64,000 nt of DNA from a virus. The notes beneath the pieces are model-generated. The model did no database searches, was not told where the DNA came from, and saw nothing but the letters and a program-made list of their open reading frames with translations. The stretch covers positions 32,001 to 96,000 of the IMG/VR virus record IMGVR_UViG_3300032323_000716; one strand, written 5' to 3'. The position numbers and the translations under genes were made by a program. Position 1 is the stretch's first letter. Each line of letters opens with the position of its first letter. Positions 9,141 through 18,961 of this stretch are shown one piece after another.

Positions 9141-9578
9141 ATGTTAAATTTTGCTAGTTTTTTCTTACAAGGATTAAAAAATACACTGCGTTTACAGAAC
9201 GGAGTGAATTTCTCCTATAAAGGGCCGTGGATGCTCTTTACGGAAAATGCTGTCTTGGACGAATTCTATGTGGGCGATTTTATGGCTGCAGAATATACTA
9301 TCGTTGTAGACGCAGGTAACACAAGAAAAGAAATGATCAAAGCCCTAGTTGTAGCAGGACCAGAATCTGCTACAGTTACAGTCTATGGCAGAACCAATCT
9401 CAGCGAAAATCTAATAGATCTAAACGTTCTAGTTACTGCTTCAAAGTGCTCTGTAACTATTCGTGGAGCCAACAGTCCTACAGACAGTACCTACGATAAT
9501 TCGACTCTGCTGACCGGTGCTAAGGTGATTTACAGTGCTAATTATTATCATACTGTAAACGCTTTGGTACCTTATTAA
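9141..9578 (+). CDS. Hypothetical virion structural protein
   Basis: 145-aa beta-rich ORF after a TAAATA box, within the tail region. Confidence 0.45.
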   Translation: MLNFASFFLQGLKNTLRLQNGVNFSYKGPWMLFTENAVLDEFYVGDFMAAEYTIVVDAGNTRKEMIKALVVAGPESATVTVYGRTNLSENLIDLNVLVTASKCSVTIRGANSPTDSTYDNSTLLTGAKVIYSANYYHTVNALVPY

Positions 9579-9647
9579 ATATTACCCTGACTAAATACTA
9601 TCATAGTCTTTGTAGTAGTTGTAGTAGGAGTGATAGCGGAGATCTAA

Positions 9648-10244
9648 ATGTCAATCAATTATATACCTTTTGAGTCTAAAAGCGGGTTTCGTAGCCCAGG
9701 GTTCTCAGTAGACGAATTAGGCAATGTGCAGGTCAGGACCCTTGAAGTTGGCGGTCGAGGCGAGGAAAGCATCTTACGTGCCGACCAAATTTATGTAAAA
9801 AATATCCAATTAATAGAAGCCGATTTTGACGAATCGTCTTTGGTTGCGTTAGGCAGCCAAATCATCGGTAGTTCTTTAACAAGACTAGGAACATTAGAAT
9901 TTCTAAATATTGACGGGGATCTACGTATTGCTCAAGGCTCGTCGCCATACTTTAGTGTGGTTAACGGGCATGTTGAAATAGAAAGTTTTGCCGCAGTAGG
10001 CAGAATGGATAACATCGAAATTGGATTACAAAATCCAGCAGCAGGAAATTTTACCACACTTAATGTAGGACCAGGCGATAGCACAGGAGAATTAACTGTG
10101 CAAGGAAATGCCAGTGTAACCAACGATATCAGTATAGGAGGCGATGTATCTATCACCAATGCTCCTTCTTTGAACTCTCACGCTACAAGAAAAGATTATG
10201 TTGATGCAAGAATTTCTGCTTTCGCTATTGCTTTTGGAGCATAA
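9648..10244 (+). CDS. Hypothetical virion structural protein (fibre-like)
   Basis: TAAATA at 9592 and SD GGAG. Contains GSSLTRLGTL and the C-terminal HATRKDYVD motif typical of fibre proteins. Confidence 0.5.
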   Translation: MSINYIPFESKSGFRSPGFSVDELGNVQVRTLEVGGRGEESILRADQIYVKNIQLIEADFDESSLVALGSQIIGSSLTRLGTLEFLNIDGDLRIAQGSSPYFSVVNGHVEIESFAAVGRMDNIEIGLQNPAAGNFTTLNVGPGDSTGELTVQGNASVTNDISIGGDVSITNAPSLNSHATRKDYVDARISAFAIAFGA

Positions 10245-10256
10245 GGAAAATTATAA

Positions 10257-13200
10257 ATGGCTAAGAAACAATTAAAAAATTATGTATTTGAACCAGGTAT
10301 CAGTAAAAACGATAACCTGTATCCCAGAGCAGTGGCTTTACTATCTGCCAACAAAGCCTTTTTACAGGCACAGGTAGTAGCGTTTATTAATAATCAAATA
10401 ACAAACAACGTTGCTCCGTATGTAAGTTATACATATGCTAGTCAGAAATGTACTAGAGACGTAGGATTTTTTATTGATGCAATATTACACGATCTAAGAT
10501 ACGGTGGAAATGTTAAGTGTCGTCAAGTTGCTGATTATTTCTGGATCGACGGCGAGCCACAGATTCGTGGAGATGTTACTCCTGAAACAACTGCTCAGAC
10601 ATATCTTAGAACCATTATTAATAATTTTATTTTTACAAATACATCAGTATCTCCTAGTTATGGTAACACTGTGTCGCAGGCTTTCATCCTTGGTCAAAAT
10701 GCAGAAACAGGAGCAGATACTAGAAATACTACGCTGTGGAATATTTTTACAGATGTTATTACCAATGGTACTCCTGCTATGCCAGCAAAAATTCCTGGCG
10801 TATCATCCATTCGTTTAGTTGGACAGATAGATATAAGTTCAATTTTGTTAATCACAGATGTTAACAGCGGACAGATACTTTATAATTTTGCCGATGCTAA
10901 CAACTCTGTTACAGTTTCCTATAAACAAGGTCGTAGTAGCAGTGACGGCCAATTGTTAAGTGATGTAGATTTTCAATCTTGGTGGCAGGCTAGCGATTCT
11001 ATCACTGACATGTTCCTTAGCACAGATACTAGCAGTCTTTCATCAGGATCCGAATTACAGATTTTTGTAGAAGAAGAATATCAAACTATTAGACCTTGGC
11101 AATTCGGCACAGATGCTATTGAGCGTATGCGTGTTGCTGCTCCGCAGGCCATGCTTGACGCTGACTTTGAGTACGGACTACAGCCAACTAAGTGGCAGGC
11201 ATTGGGTACTATTCGTATGTACCCGTCAGTTTTTGAAGTTCCTGGCACAGATCTAGGAGTTTCTAACGTTATCACAGATGCTTCAGTAAACACTGGCGGG
11301 TTTGGTTCTTCATTGATCACCGTTACTACTTCTGGAGTACACGGATTTTCAATAGGACAACCTATAACAGTTAAAGGTCTCAATGCAGGACTAAGTGGTT
11401 TTGCTAGAGCAGAAGGATCGTTTTTAATCTATAGTATTCCAAGTTCTGTAAGTTTTACCTATTTTGCCAGTGCTAAGGTTGGTACGAACTCTGGCGATAG
11501 TTTGTTTACTACATTTACACAGATTCGTCAGGCAGGTTTTTATACTGGAGCATCTATTGGCACACCAACATTTTCAGTGTTCAGTAACGGTACTGTCAAT
11601 AACATAACATCTAAGTTTGATACTCCTTCGGGCAGTTTTTCCATAGCCTTTAACGGAACCTCTCCAACAGTTGGCTCTCCTATTTCTGGAAGCCCGAATA
11701 TTGCTGCTGGTACTTCAGTGGCTGGTGTAATTGGATCGGGGACCGTAGTAGCAAGAGTTAAAGAAACTGTAAGTTCAACGTCAGATACTTCTATAAGAAT
11801 AGTAGATTTAACTGGAATACAACAGCAAATGGCTCTTGATGCTGCCGGCGATGCTGTGTTTATTAACTCAATATCAGGAGACCAATTAACACTTTCTGGA
11901 GCAATAGGATCCACTTATACAGGTGCCAACGGTACCAATGCAACAGTAACTGGTACAAATATTACTCCTATTGGCACAGGCGCAACATTTACAGTTTTTA
12001 GAAGTTCAGGATTTTATACAGTTACAGATGCAGGCGACAGTACATGGAACGGAACCAATTATGCCGTAGGTGATAATTTATTAATTTTAGGAACTTCTTT
12101 AGGAGGTGCCTCACCAGCCAACGACGTCACAGTTGTGGTTACTGCCATTGACTCGGGTGGCGCCATTGAAGGTTTTACATCTGCAGGTAATGCAGTTACT
12201 GGCGGTGCTACATATACCAACGTAGCACAATTTTCCAGCACTGGTGGCGGATCAGGATTTTTAATAGACGTTGTTCGAGCAGGCGGAACAGGTATATATA
12301 ATATAACGCTGGCCGCAGGTGGAACTAGTTATAGTCCCGGCGACACTGTAACATTTGCAGGTACAGACTTAGGCGGATCAAGTCCGGCTAACGATATTGT
12401 TATTCAAATTAATGGAGTAGGCTTTCCTAGTCAAAACGTAGTAGACTATGAAATTGTTGGTACTCCAGTAGGCGCATCAGGTGACGCATCATACACATCA
12501 GTGTCTGCTTCTAACATTCCAGCATCTGGTTCTGGCGCTGAGTTTGACATTACTAGAAATAACGGAGTCTATACCGCAGCCATTGCAGTCCTAGGAGACG
12601 GCGGCGGCGGTTATAATATTGGAAACAGAATTAGAATTTTAGGTACAAGTTTAAATGGTGCATCGCCAGCAAATGACTGTATTGTAAGAGTGAGCGGTGC
12701 TACCGGTGGAATTATTACATCTGTAACAGCAGAAGGAACTCCTTATGCAGGTGATACAATTTCTATCTATCCAACATTAAGTATCAGTGAAGCATTAACA
12801 GGAGCAATTTTAGACGGTTCAGTATTGAATACTGGCGCAATTGCTACTATACAGGTAGACTTCAGTTCCCCACACGGACTAGTACCCGGAACTACAGTTC
12901 TTACACAGGTAACTTCACAGCCTGCTCCTGAATTTGCATCACAGTCTAGAACACTACCAGCATCCGGCACATGGACTGGTGCAGCGGGTCTAAACGGAAT
13001 ATTTGTTGCTGTATTATCTGGATCTAGCGTTTCTGCTAGATCTACAGATGGTCAATCATGGGAAGCAGGAGGCAATATGCCTTCTGGAGCAGCATGGAAA
13101 TCAGTGACTGCAGGAACTATAGGATCAACTAATTATTTTGTAGCAGTAGCCAACGGTCCTTCGACCGCAGCAGCATGGTCGGCAAATGGCGGTACCACAT

Positions 13201-16200
13201 GGGCTGCCTCTACACTACCTAGCAATTCGAACTGGAGTTCAATAACATTTGGAGATGGTAGATTTGTAGCAGTTGCTTCTGGCGGAACTGCCACAGCATT
13301 CTCCACAGACGGCGGCCAAACTTGGTCATCAGGCGGTGCATTATCAACATCAACTACATGGACTGATGTAGCAGCGGGTCTAGTAGGTACCAGCGTTTAT
13401 TTTGTAGCCATAGCCTCGGGCGGTACAGTAGCAAACTATTCTGCAGATGGCGGCGTATCTTGGATAGCCACCGGAGCATTGCCAGCAACAGCAACATGGA
13501 CTAGTTTAGCATACGGAAATAACAGATTCTTTGCTGTGGCTTCAGGAGGAACTACTTCTGCATTTTCAACTAACGGTACAACATGGACAGCCGCAACATT
13601 GCCTAGCAGTGCTACTTGGAGTTCAGTGGCCTATGGCGACGATGTGTTTTTAGTTGTGGCTTCTGGTAGCACATCGGCATTAACATCATTTACCGGTGAA
13701 ACAGGTTCGTTCACTGCAAGAACACTGTCTGCTACTTCTAACTGGTCTGAACTTGCATACACCGCTTATACTGGTTTTGGTAGATTTGTTGCAGTAGGAA
13801 ATACTACTGCGGCTCAAAGCATAGACCTTACTTCCGCTAATCACCAATTGGGCACTGGTCCTCACGTAGTTACTGCGGTCCCTGCACCATCTACTATAAG
13901 ATTCCCGGCAAGAACTACTGGTACTATTAATACAGCAACCGCTTCTATGACCGGTGTTGTATATGCAAGACCTGATGCGTTCTTTACTCACAGACCGTTT
14001 GACGGCGGTGTACAATTAGGTACAGGAAACCCGAGTCACGGTGCGCAGGCCATACGTCAAAGTAAAAAATATATCCGTTACCAATCTGGTAAAGGTATGA
14101 TGTATACCACTGGTGGTTTATTTGCTCCTAGTTATAACATTGCCAGTGCTACAGCCGTTGATACTGTGATTAACAGTTTTATCACGGTGACACTAGATGA
14201 CACAGATCATGGTCTACAACCGGGTGCTATTGTTGAAATCATTGGTATGTTGTCATTTGAGTATAACGGAGAATATACAGTTGAAAGTATTGTCGATGCT
14301 CGTAGATTCCGAGTTAGAGCAGGAGTAACTCTAAGTACAACATCGGCACAATTAGGTCCTGATTGTAAAGTATTATTAAAACGTTGGCACGGTGCCACAG
14401 TTCGTATTGGTGCATTTGACGAACAGAATGGTATTTTTTATCAATATGATGGCCAAGAAATGGCAGTTGTTAGAAGATCTAGCACAAATCAATTAACAGG
14501 TACAGTATCTATCTCTGTTGATAGTAACAGTGTATTTGGTACAGGAACTAGATTTACTGAACAATTAAAAGTTGGCGATAAAATTGTTATTAGAGGTATG
14601 AGTCATTTAGTTACTTCTATCACTAATAACACATCTATGACGGTGGCTCCAGACTGGAGGGGTGCTAATACAATTTCCGGTGCTAAGATCTGTGTCACTG
14701 AAGAATTATATATTCCCCAAAGCCAATGGAATCTTGACAAATTAGACGGTACTGGCGCTAGTGGATATAATTTATTACCATGGCGTATGCAGATGTTAGG
14801 TATGCAATATTCATGGTACGCTGCAGGTTTCATTGAATGGATGATGCGTGGCGCAGATGGTAGATTTGTATTCTTACACAAAGTTAGAAATTCAAACGTA
14901 AACACAGAAGCATATATGCGTACTGCTAACTTGCCTGTGCGTTACGAAGTTGAAAACAGATCAGCCGTAGGAAAATTAGCCGAAACTATTAATAGTACAG
15001 CAACTAGTTTAAGAGTTACAGATGCTAGTCGCTTCCCAACATCTGGAACATTGTATATTGACAACGAATTAATTTCTTATTCTGGAAAATCTGGAAATAC
15101 ATTAACCAGTCTAACTAGGGCTGCAACTTTCTTGGCATTTACTGCTGGACAGAATAGAACTTTTTCTGCAGGTTCTGCAGTAACTCACAGTGAAGGCGCA
15201 GGAGTAACACTGGTAAGTTGTACAACTAGTCCAACAATCAGTCACTGGGGTTCTGCTCTGTTAACAGATGGATTATTTGACGAAGATCGAGGCTACATTT
15301 TTAACTATGCTGCAACGGGTTTGAGTATTACTACTGCTAAACAAACAGCATTTATGATTCGATTAGCACCTTCAGTTTCTAACGCTATTGTTGGAGACCT
15401 TGGAGAAAGAGATCTTCTTAACAGAGCGCAGTTATTGTTAAATGAGATTGCTGTTACCAGCGATACTGGTTCAGGAGCCATTGTTGTTGAAGGTATTTTA
15501 AACCCAAGAAACTATCCTGCTAACCCAACTAACATTACTTGGGCGGGATTATCAAGTTCAGCGGCAGGTGGACAACCAAGTTTTGCTCAAATTGCACTAG
15601 GTGGTTCCATTAACTGGGGTGGCGTACCTTTAACCACAACTACCGCAACTATTCAAGGTGCATTAACAACAACAATAACAGCAAGAGGCTTTTCTACAGT
15701 TACTCAAATATTAACTGCTATAGCAAACAGTGGATTTAGAACTCAGGCTTTTCTAAATACTCAAAATGATTTCTATATAACTAACTCTGCATTTGATGGT
15801 ATTCAGGCTGGTGCAACACCTATACGTGTTGGAGATAGACTAAGTCTAACAACATTTATTACTGGTGGTCAGACTATTTCTAATTTTACAAGAAACTTCT
15901 CAAACAGCGGTTTTACTAGAATAGTAATGAGCGCCAATGCCAACGGTAACAGTGCGGCATTTGCCAATCAATCTGTAACCTGCACAAATAGTATTTCAAC
16001 TGGTTATGCCAGTGCGTTTGTTAACGGTAGAACAGATTTCTTGATCGCAGATACAGATCTTACTACATCAAATTTAACAGTTGGTGATACATTAAGTGTG
16101 GCTTCATTCTTGATCAGTAATCAAACAGTGCAATCTATCACATCGTCATTTGCAAGAGTTTCTGGAACTAACTTTACTCGTATAGTTATGAGTTCTGCTG

Positions 16201-16718
16201 CAAACGCTACACAATCGGTCAATACTAACACTTCAACAACTGTAACTGCTTCGGGTACAGGTTCTAGTTATGCTGGTAACTTTATATTCTTTACACAGGC
16301 AACTTGGAACAACTCCGGGGCGTCAGTGGGTACTCGAGTCGCTACTAGTTTTACACAGTTTCCTGCAGGTACTGCTGTATCCGCAGTAAGTACACGAAGA
16401 TTGGGTACTACTACAGTGATACGTGCAACATTTACTCAGACTCTTACTACATCAGTGAATGCTGCAGGAACTGTGACATTCCAGTTTGGTGACCCACAGT
16501 TTGCGCTGCCAGGAGAACAGGTTTTCTCTTTTGTTACTAACCCAGGTAACGTTGCTAGCTTGACCTTAAAAGAACTTAAAGAGTTAACTACTACTGCAAT
16601 TGGTGGTCGAGGTGCGTTCCCAAATGGCCCGGACGTGTTGGCTATTAATATCTTTAAAGTTACAGGTACCGCAACACCCGGAGCGATTATTCTGCGTTGG
16701 GGAGAGGCGCAGGCTTAA
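10257..16718 (+). CDS. Large tail fibre / baseplate-associated structural protein (2153 aa)
   Basis: Ser/Thr/Gly-rich. Contains three GtsLgGaSPAND repeats, about six propeller-type repeats (W..v.yg.g.FvAva.gg...a.S.dG.tW) and a C-terminal ~85-aa tandem repeat. Confidence 0.75.
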   Translation: MAKKQLKNYVFEPGISKNDNLYPRAVALLSANKAFLQAQVVAFINNQITNNVAPYVSYTYASQKCTRDVGFFIDAILHDLRYGGNVKCRQVADYFWIDGEPQIRGDVTPETTAQTYLRTIINNFIFTNTSVSPSYGNTVSQAFILGQNAETGADTRNTTLWNIFTDVITNGTPAMPAKIPGVSSIRLVGQIDISSILLITDVNSGQILYNFADANNSVTVSYKQGRSSSDGQLLSDVDFQSWWQASDSITDMFLSTDTSSLSSGSELQIFVEEEYQTIRPWQFGTDAIERMRVAAPQAMLDADFEYGLQPTKWQALGTIRMYPSVFEVPGTDLGVSNVITDASVNTGGFGSSLITVTTSGVHGFSIGQPITVKGLNAGLSGFARAEGSFLIYSIPSSVSFTYFASAKVGTNSGDSLFTTFTQIRQAGFYTGASIGTPTFSVFSNGTVNNITSKFDTPSGSFSIAFNGTSPTVGSPISGSPNIAAGTSVAGVIGSGTVVARVKETVSSTSDTSIRIVDLTGIQQQMALDAAGDAVFINSISGDQLTLSGAIGSTYTGANGTNATVTGTNITPIGTGATFTVFRSSGFYTVTDAGDSTWNGTNYAVGDNLLILGTSLGGASPANDVTVVVTAIDSGGAIEGFTSAGNAVTGGATYTNVAQFSSTGGGSGFLIDVVRAGGTGIYNITLAAGGTSYSPGDTVTFAGTDLGGSSPANDIVIQINGVGFPSQNVVDYEIVGTPVGASGDASYTSVSASNIPASGSGAEFDITRNNGVYTAAIAVLGDGGGGYNIGNRIRILGTSLNGASPANDCIVRVSGATGGIITSVTAEGTPYAGDTISIYPTLSISEALTGAILDGSVLNTGAIATIQVDFSSPHGLVPGTTVLTQVTSQPAPEFASQSRTLPASGTWTGAAGLNGIFVAVLSGSSVSARSTDGQSWEAGGNMPSGAAWKSVTAGTIGSTNYFVAVANGPSTAAAWSANGGTTWAASTLPSNSNWSSITFGDGRFVAVASGGTATAFSTDGGQTWSSGGALSTSTTWTDVAAGLVGTSVYFVAIASGGTVANYSADGGVSWIATGALPATATWTSLAYGNNRFFAVASGGTTSAFSTNGTTWTAATLPSSATWSSVAYGDDVFLVVASGSTSALTSFTGETGSFTARTLSATSNWSELAYTAYTGFGRFVAVGNTTAAQSIDLTSANHQLGTGPHVVTAVPAPSTIRFPARTTGTINTATASMTGVVYARPDAFFTHRPFDGGVQLGTGNPSHGAQAIRQSKKYIRYQSGKGMMYTTGGLFAPSYNIASATAVDTVINSFITVTLDDTDHGLQPGAIVEIIGMLSFEYNGEYTVESIVDARRFRVRAGVTLSTTSAQLGPDCKVLLKRWHGATVRIGAFDEQNGIFYQYDGQEMAVVRRSSTNQLTGTVSISVDSNSVFGTGTRFTEQLKVGDKIVIRGMSHLVTSITNNTSMTVAPDWRGANTISGAKICVTEELYIPQSQWNLDKLDGTGASGYNLLPWRMQMLGMQYSWYAAGFIEWMMRGADGRFVFLHKVRNSNVNTEAYMRTANLPVRYEVENRSAVGKLAETINSTATSLRVTDASRFPTSGTLYIDNELISYSGKSGNTLTSLTRAATFLAFTAGQNRTFSAGSAVTHSEGAGVTLVSCTTSPTISHWGSALLTDGLFDEDRGYIFNYAATGLSITTAKQTAFMIRLAPSVSNAIVGDLGERDLLNRAQLLLNEIAVTSDTGSGAIVVEGILNPRNYPANPTNITWAGLSSSAAGGQPSFAQIALGGSINWGGVPLTTTTATIQGALTTTITARGFSTVTQILTAIANSGFRTQAFLNTQNDFYITNSAFDGIQAGATPIRVGDRLSLTTFITGGQTISNFTRNFSNSGFTRIVMSANANGNSAAFANQSVTCTNSISTGYASAFVNGRTDFLIADTDLTTSNLTVGDTLSVASFLISNQTVQSITSSFARVSGTNFTRIVMSSAANATQSVNTNTSTTVTASGTGSSYAGNFIFFTQATWNNSGASVGTRVATSFTQFPAGTAVSAVSTRRLGTTTVIRATFTQTLTTSVNAAGTVTFQFGDPQFALPGEQVFSFVTNPGNVASLTLKELKELTTTAIGGRGAFPNGPDVLAINIFKVTGTATPGAIILRWGEAQA

Positions 16719-16995
16719 CAGCGAACTTGTTACGTTCAAACTGATCTAATTTCGTATCAAGAGTTTTCTTTAACGATACGATATTAGATCGGATATCAGT
16801 AACATCGTCGCCCATCCTGCCGGTTAATACAAGTTGATCGTGACTGCGATCGATATAACCAACCTGTTCTATCAATTGTTTAAAAACTTTAGTCAGTGCG
16901 GCTTTCGATCCCTCGTCAGTGATCGCATCGATCTTTTCTTGATATCTTTTACAGTCTTCTAAAAATCTAGGATTATTTGCTAATTTTGGAATCAT
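16687..16995 (-). CDS. Hypothetical protein (helical)
   Basis: 102-aa ORF coupled to the upstream minus-strand gene (ATGA overlap). It overlaps the 3' end of the fibre gene convergently. Confidence 0.5.
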   Translation of the reverse strand: MIPKLANNPRFLEDCKRYQEKIDAITDEGSKAALTKVFKQLIEQVGYIDRSHDQLVLTGRMGDDVTDIRSNIVSLKKTLDTKLDQFERNKFAVKPAPLPNAE

Positions 16996-17366
16996 TTTTC
17001 TAACACCATTATAGTTTCAATTTTTGCTCTTATCAGCGAATTATTTAACGTCGTTTTAAGGCCAGTATGTAGATTCTTTGGTAACTGATCTATATTGGCC
17101 CAACATATAGTCTCATCCACACCGCCAAAAAATTCGCTATCTACCGAACAGACATATGTGCTGTATTCAAAACCTCTATCTTCTGATAGATAAAGTTCTA
17201 TAGGAATAATTTTTCCCTGCGAATAGTGATCTAATAATTCCTGAGAGTCTTGAATAACTGTAGATACTCTAGCGAATGTAGGCACAGTCCAGCGTTCATC
17301 TTGTAGAATAAGGAACACTCTATTAGTTTTTTTAGAAAGAAAAATCAGTCCGGCACGTTGTTGCAT
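16992..17366 (-). CDS. Hypothetical protein, degenerate NUDIX-like fold
   Basis: Probable start is MQQRAG at 17366 (TAAGTA-5 nt-ATG). The AGLIFLS...RVFLIL...W..P and LHxGL pattern recalls phage NUDIX proteins, but the Nudix box is absent. Confidence 0.4.
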   Translation of the reverse strand: MQQRAGLIFLSKKTNRVFLILQDERWTVPTFARVSTVIQDSQELLDHYSQGKIIPIELYLSEDRGFEYSTYVCSVDSEFFGGVDETICWANIDQLPKNLHTGLKTTLNNSLIRAKIETIMVLEK

Positions 17367-17377
17367 GCTGATACTTA

Positions 17378-18961
17378 TCAAGGATTGAGATCTAATCTCC
17401 AATAACCGGCTGCATACTCACCCTCAAACGATTTGAGCCACTGTTCACCATCCCATCTATATTGGATTCCTGTGCGCAGATTTTGAAAGTATGTTGGAAT
17501 AAAATCTTCTCCTGTTAGGCTGGCATCCTCTAGATCATGATCCATAGGGTTCCAAACAGTTATCCAAGCCGAGCCATTCCACTCAATGATAGAATTGGCC
17601 TTGATTACAGGATCATTGCCGTCGAGATTTTTCCATCCGTCAGGACCGTCATAGACTTGACCTAGGCTAGAATCCGAAGGATGACTGGAATCCCAATTTT
17701 GTTGATTAATTAAACCCGTACTAGCACTGTTATTAACATCGTCTAACATTAAGAAACGAGTACCAGAAATAATTGTTTGATCAGTCATTTCACCATTAGG
17801 GCGTTTTGGATTATATTTGTATGGATCTATAATAGCATCTACAGTAGTCCATTGATTGCTTGATCTAGCCGGTCCTTGTATGACAGTGTTACTAGGTTTA
17901 GCATCAACGTCTAAGGTTACTAACAGATATGTAGGATCAAGTTCATTGATAACAAAAGTACCACTTATTTCATTACCGTTGGGTTGTATAAAATATATCT
18001 TACTAATGCCAGGATTATAACCGCCGTATATATCTATTATAGTATTCCAGTCTATGCGTTCACCCTGTTTAACAGGCGGCGTAAATCCTAGAGAAGTTAT
18101 AACTTCTGACTGACGAGTCACTGATAGATCATAGTCTCTATCTTGATTGTTATTGCTCTTGAGCAATAAGACACCAAACTGTCCTGCAGTAACTCGTATT
18201 TGTGCATCGCCAGTTTCTTGATTGTAAATGATATCTTCGAGACTCATGATATCGCCAGAGTCAGTGAATACATTCATAATCATACTGCGTATTACACCTA
18301 GTTTCTTAACCTTGGCAGGAGGAGTAATATAGACAGGAATAGTAAATTCCATAGTAGCAATGTCTATATTAGTATCTGCACCTTGTGGAATAGTTCTAGA
18401 ACTAAAATTAATTGTTTTTAAATCTACTACACTGATACTGGTCCAGTCAATGTAATTGTCTGTGGTTTGAATTTCTAAACTAGGATTGAATAACATCAAT
18501 ATCTGTTCTAGTATCTGCAATTTTTGATCAGTGTTAGACGTCCAAAGTTCTGCCTTCATAGACAGTTTAAACGGAGTAGGCATTAAACGCTCAACTGTAT
18601 AACCACCACCTTGATAATTTTCATAGATAGGAGTACCGCGTAATCTTACATCTGGATGATCAGCAGGATAAAAATCTTCAAAGGCTCTTTCTCGTATTTG
18701 TAATTTGCTAACAAAACTAGCATCTGCTAGCCTACTGGTATCTAACTCTAGTCCGCTAATATAGCAAGCGATCTTGGGCACAGTCTGCATTTTGTTTTCA
18801 GAATTATCTGCAATAATGGATGCTACCTGTCTAGTTAAATCACCGTAGGTAACAGGAATATGTCTTAGAGTTCCATCTCCGGTTTTATATTTGAAACCGA
18901 TAAAGATTCTCATGAATTGTGTTACATATCGGCGTATCTGCCCGTCGTAGAAAAAGTCCAT
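17378..18961 (-). CDS. Tail sheath stabiliser / tail completion protein (T4 gp15-like) with C-terminal extension
   Basis: Motifs FFYDGQIRRY, IPVTYG, PTPFKL, QILEQILMLFNP and YITPP are gp15 hallmarks. Confidence 0.8.
   Translation of the reverse strand: MDFFYDGQIRRYVTQFMRIFIGFKYKTGDGTLRHIPVTYGDLTRQVASIIADNSENKMQTVPKIACYISGLELDTSRLADASFVSKLQIRERAFEDFYPADHPDVRLRGTPIYENYQGGGYTVERLMPTPFKLSMKAELWTSNTDQKLQILEQILMLFNPSLEIQTTDNYIDWTSISVVDLKTINFSSRTIPQGADTNIDIATMEFTIPVYITPPAKVKKLGVIRSMIMNVFTDSGDIMSLEDIIYNQETGDAQIRVTAGQFGVLLLKSNNNQDRDYDLSVTRQSEVITSLGFTPPVKQGERIDWNTIIDIYGGYNPGISKIYFIQPNGNEISGTFVINELDPTYLLVTLDVDAKPSNTVIQGPARSSNQWTTVDAIIDPYKYNPKRPNGEMTDQTIISGTRFLMLDDVNNSASTGLINQQNWDSSHPSDSSLGQVYDGPDGWKNLDGNDPVIKANSIIEWNGSAWITVWNPMDHDLEDASLTGEDFIPTYFQNLRTGIQYRWDGEQWLKSFEGEYAAGYWRLDLNP

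Noticed and set aside
680-14905. Many 60-125 aa ORFs antisense or out-of-frame within the structural genes
   Set aside because: They are fully nested in long, motif-bearing ORFs and have no SD, promoter or recognisable motif. They are shadow ORFs.
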